Source: a virus
Strand: one strand, 5' to 3'
DNA length: 5,887 nucleotides
IMG/VR virus record: IMGVR_UViG_3300045988_008819
Location: 1-5,887 of that record
In this document: one piece after another, positions 3,563 to 5,887 of the stretch
Layout of the letters: every line of letters starts with the position of its first letter
How positions within the stretch are numbered: the stretch's first letter is position 1
Program-made: the position numbers and the translations under genes
Notes under the pieces: model-generated
The model's database searches: none
What the model saw: only the letters and a program-made list of their open reading frames with translations
What the model was told of the DNA's origin: nothing

Positions 3563-5317
3563 TTATAGTTTTTCCAGACCCGGCACGCTATACAGTGGCA
3601 TGCATCGAGTTGTTTTGTTCATTACTCGGATTGCTCCAAAGAATTGCGGTTCATTTTGTACGATTAGTGTCCGTGCGATTTCGGTTTTTCCCTCTTTCAT
3701 CCACTCTTGGCTGAGTGTCGGCACTTCGTTGTAGTTGTCCGCGTAGTGCCAGAAGTCTAGTGTTCCGTCTGCATTGCTTCGCATTTTGCCGCTAACACGG
3801 TTCGGTTTCATGCGGTAGTCTGCCCAAGCTTCCTGATAGCCGAAAGTTTCTTCATCTGTGCTTGTGCCTGTCAGCATGATTTCTTTCTTTTTTACGGGCT
3901 GCTCGCCGATGTTTGCGAACTGCGGGAAATAGTAGTCCAATCTGTCGCTTCGGCTCCAGAATCGTTCAAGTCCCTGTTGATAGCTGTGGTCGTGACGCAC
4001 ACACATAACACCAATTACAAAGCCGTGCTCTTCAAAGCTTTTTGTAAAGGAACTTTCATTGATAGGAGTTACTGACATTGCGCCTGTTTCACCGATTGGT
4101 GTTCCGTTGTTTGCTTCCTGACCGCTTGTCTGTACGATCTGGTTCATGTTGACGTGATAGCGTCCACCGCCTAAATATTCCGGAATCTGAACGGTTTTGT
4201 CGCTGATGCTTACTCCAAACAGTGCTCTTACCTGTTCGCGGTAGCGACTGCCGCCACGTGCCAGCGCTTCATAATAGTGCTGAACTGCAAAGGCCTGGCG
4301 TAACTGGTTGATTGTTGCTGCTTCGATGTTGCTTAGATCTGTTCCTAACCATGCGTCAAAGAAGTTTGCATCATCTCGGCTCATTGTCTGGACGTATTGT
4401 CCATCGATTACTGGTGCTGTGTTTCCGTTGTTGTTTTTGTTTAGGCCGAATTTTGTTCCTTCGTTTGTGAATGAGATGCTTGTGTGATTTACTATTCCGG
4501 TGTTATATTCGTTGTTGAAATATCCTGTTCCTACTTTTCTGTCGGTCAGTTCTTTTTCTGTGTAGGCTCTTAACGGTGCGTTTCCTGTTAGTGCAATTGT
4601 CACTTCCGGCCCGCGCTGAGGATACGGCAGACACGATGAAAAATAATCATGGAAGCGGTTTACAGGTAAACAGTATCCGCCATTTTGTGCGTTCTTTAGA
4701 ATTGTTTCTTCAGAGATTTCGTCTTCTATTGGTCCGCCTGATGCGTATTCTGTACTTTCATCTCCTGTGTTCAGTACTGCTGGGTTTCCTACGTTTTGAT
4801 CTCTAAAAAATTCGTTCCAGATTTTCACATAAGCTCTGACCGGTAGTGCATTGATACTGTATTCTGCTTCTTTGTCTATTTTGATGCTTTTTGCCGGGAT
4901 TCCCATATAGTCCAGAATTGTCCCTTCGTCTGGGTATGCTCTGTCTGGATTAGGCCATATACTTTTGTTTCCTACTATGATTTGTGGTACTGTGTACGTT
5001 TTTGACGGCATCCACGGCTTATCGTCTGCTTCACCCATGAACTGTTTGAAATTGTCCCACAAAATCCGGTTCGGACAGAAGAAGTAATAGAAGTCTATAT
5101 ATGCGTCGTCCATTACAGGATATTTCGGCGTTGTCATTCGAATGATTGCTGCCGTATCTACGCTGAATGTATCACCCGGAAGAACCTCATCAACATAAAA
5201 TGGGATGAGTTTACCTGCATCGAAGGTTGTCAGGATGTTCTGGTCTCGTTTGAATCGTGTTCGGCTTACGTGCGTTTCTGGTACTTGGTTGAAGTGCCTC
5301 TCATTATTCCTGTTCAT
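3563..5317 (-). CDS. VP1: Microviridae major capsid protein VP1 (F-protein homologue), 584 aa
   Basis: The N-terminus carries the conserved gokusho-type motif TTFDAGKLIPFYVDEVLPGDTF. Size and composition are typical of VP1. SD AAGAGGAAAA precedes the ATG. The stop is TAA at 3565..3563. Confidence 0.95.
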   Translation of the reverse strand: MNRNNERHFNQVPETHVSRTRFKRDQNILTTFDAGKLIPFYVDEVLPGDTFSVDTAAIIRMTTPKYPVMDDAYIDFYYFFCPNRILWDNFKQFMGEADDKPWMPSKTYTVPQIIVGNKSIWPNPDRAYPDEGTILDYMGIPAKSIKIDKEAEYSINALPVRAYVKIWNEFFRDQNVGNPAVLNTGDESTEYASGGPIEDEISEETILKNAQNGGYCLPVNRFHDYFSSCLPYPQRGPEVTIALTGNAPLRAYTEKELTDRKVGTGYFNNEYNTGIVNHTSISFTNEGTKFGLNKNNNGNTAPVIDGQYVQTMSRDDANFFDAWLGTDLSNIEAATINQLRQAFAVQHYYEALARGGSRYREQVRALFGVSISDKTVQIPEYLGGGRYHVNMNQIVQTSGQEANNGTPIGETGAMSVTPINESSFTKSFEEHGFVIGVMCVRHDHSYQQGLERFWSRSDRLDYYFPQFANIGEQPVKKKEIMLTGTSTDEETFGYQEAWADYRMKPNRVSGKMRSNADGTLDFWHYADNYNEVPTLSQEWMKEGKTEIARTLIVQNEPQFFGAIRVMNKTTRCMPLYSVPGLEKL

Positions 5318-5699
5318 TGTTTTCCTCTTGTTTCTTTGGTTTGTTTTTTGTGTTTTCCTGCATCTGCTGCAGTTTCATTGCGTTGGCCTGTGCTGTTGCC
5401 ATCATTGCGTGATACTCGTGAATGTCGGTTGGCCACTCCGTGATGTCCAGGATTTCGTCTGTTTTTGTGCTGTCCATCAGACTTTTAGCAAACTGTGGGT
5501 CGAAACTTGCTTTGCGGACGATGTTTTTGATGTCACATTCATCTGCATAGCTTTCGATTTCTGCCTGAATGTCAATCGGTTCAGTTTCGATTAATTTTTC
5601 GTTGCCTTTTTCGTCTTTGCCCCAGACATACTGTTTTCTCATTTTTTCGCCTGGATTTGAAAAGAAGGGCTTGCGCCCTTCCTCGTATCGTTTATTCAT
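5304..5699 (-). CDS. 131-aa acidic protein immediately upstream of and overlapping VP1; putative internal scaffolding protein (VP3-like)
   Basis: ATG at 5699..5697 (MNKRYEEGRKPFF...) lies inside the CATGAATAA that carries the upstream ORF's stop. The ORF ends at TAA 5306..5304 and overlaps the VP1 start by 14 nt. The first 60 codons of the track's 191-aa ORF (TTG start at 5879) are the out-of-frame read of the wrap-around ORF. The protein is small, acidic and helix-prone, and precedes the capsid gene as scaffolding genes do in Microviridae. The product call is positional inference, not recognised homology. Confidence 0.5.
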   Translation of the reverse strand: MNKRYEEGRKPFFSNPGEKMRKQYVWGKDEKGNEKLIETEPIDIQAEIESYADECDIKNIVRKASFDPQFAKSLMDSTKTDEILDITEWPTDIHEYHAMMATAQANAMKLQQMQENTKNKPKKQEENNEQE

Positions 5700-5832
5700 G
5701 CGGTTTGCCCTCCCACACCTTGTCCGGCTCGATGCTCTTAAACTCGCCGGTCTCATCGTTGAAGTTTGCGACATGGTAGCCCTTGTAGTCCTCAGGCGAC
5801 TGCCCAAGGAAGGTCTTTTCGTCCTTTGCCAT
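5692..5832 (-). CDS. C-terminal 46 codons plus stop of the wrap-around 80-aa ORF (continues from 1..102)
   Basis: In-frame continuation AKDEKTFLGQSPEDYKGYHVANFNDETGEFKSIEPDKVWEGKPHE, ending at TAA (5694..5692). The stop lies in CATGAATAA, which contains the ATG of the next gene. This frame is G/C-rich at third positions. The other frame over the same DNA gives an R/S/T-rich junk peptide. The ORF is absent from the track because the window end splits it. Confidence 0.6.
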   Translation of the reverse strand: MAKDEKTFLGQSPEDYKGYHVANFNDETGEFKSIEPDKVWEGKPHE

Positions 5833-5887
5833 GATATTGCACATTCGTGCGAAGGTTTCGTCGCTCTTGCTTTCACCAATGTAGCAG
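5833..5887. repeat. Second copy of the terminal redundancy (same as 1..55)
   Basis: Same as above. Coordinates 5833 onward are equivalent to 1 onward. Confidence 0.9.

Noticed and set aside
94-5594. All plus-strand ORFs in the track (94..309, 430..666, 1832..2020, 2078..2296, 2570..2752, 2794..2988, 3236..3424, 3322..3528, 4576..4806, 5205..5594)
   Set aside because: They are antisense to well-supported minus-strand genes. They have Cys/Phe/Leu-rich junk composition typical of the complement of A-rich coding sequence. They have no SDs. Microviridae transcribe one strand only.
5700-5879. N-terminal 60 residues of the track's 191-aa ORF (LVKARATKPSHECAISWQRTKRPSLGSRLRTTRATMSQTSTMRPASLRASSRTRCGRANR)
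   Set aside because: TTG start. The R/S/T/A-rich low-complexity sequence is the alternate-frame reading of the GC-rich wrap-around ORF. The real VP3-like start is the ATG at 5699 with stop-start coupling.

Overview
The window is a complete genome of a small circular ssDNA phage of the family Microviridae (gokushovirus-like). Its first 55 nt are repeated exactly at 5833..5887, so the unit length is 5,832 nt and the repeat is an assembly overlap. Every credible gene is on the minus strand, so the given strand is the complement of the coding, presumably packaged, strand. In coding order the genes are: an 80-aa ORF that wraps across the window origin; a 131-aa VP3-like putative scaffolding protein; VP1 major capsid protein (584 aa); VP2 pilot protein (273 aa); VP4 rolling-circle Rep (339 aa). 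A structured non-coding region of about 470 bp follows (1217..1685). After it come a promoter, a 60-aa ORF, a terminator, a second promoter, a peptidase M15 endolysin-like gene, and 34-aa and 73-aa small ORFs that lead back to the wrap-around ORF. Genes are tightly packed, with ATGA and 14-nt overlaps and strong AGGAGG-type Shine-Dalgarno sites. Points worth a second look are: the wrap-around ORF (GIY...YIG motif, G/C-rich third codon positions), which the six-frame track missed; two near-perfect sigma70 promoters, one with its -35 hexamer in the loop of an upstream terminator hairpin and a predicted start site in an A11 run; nine TTTCAAC iteron-like repeats; alternating purine-pyrimidine GC palindromes; a stem-loop after rep whose loop matches the phiX174 ori core but on the wrong strand; an SD-sequestering GAAA-tetraloop hairpin between VP1 and VP2; and a non-canonical gene order (VP1-VP2-VP4 contiguous, M15 lysis module).
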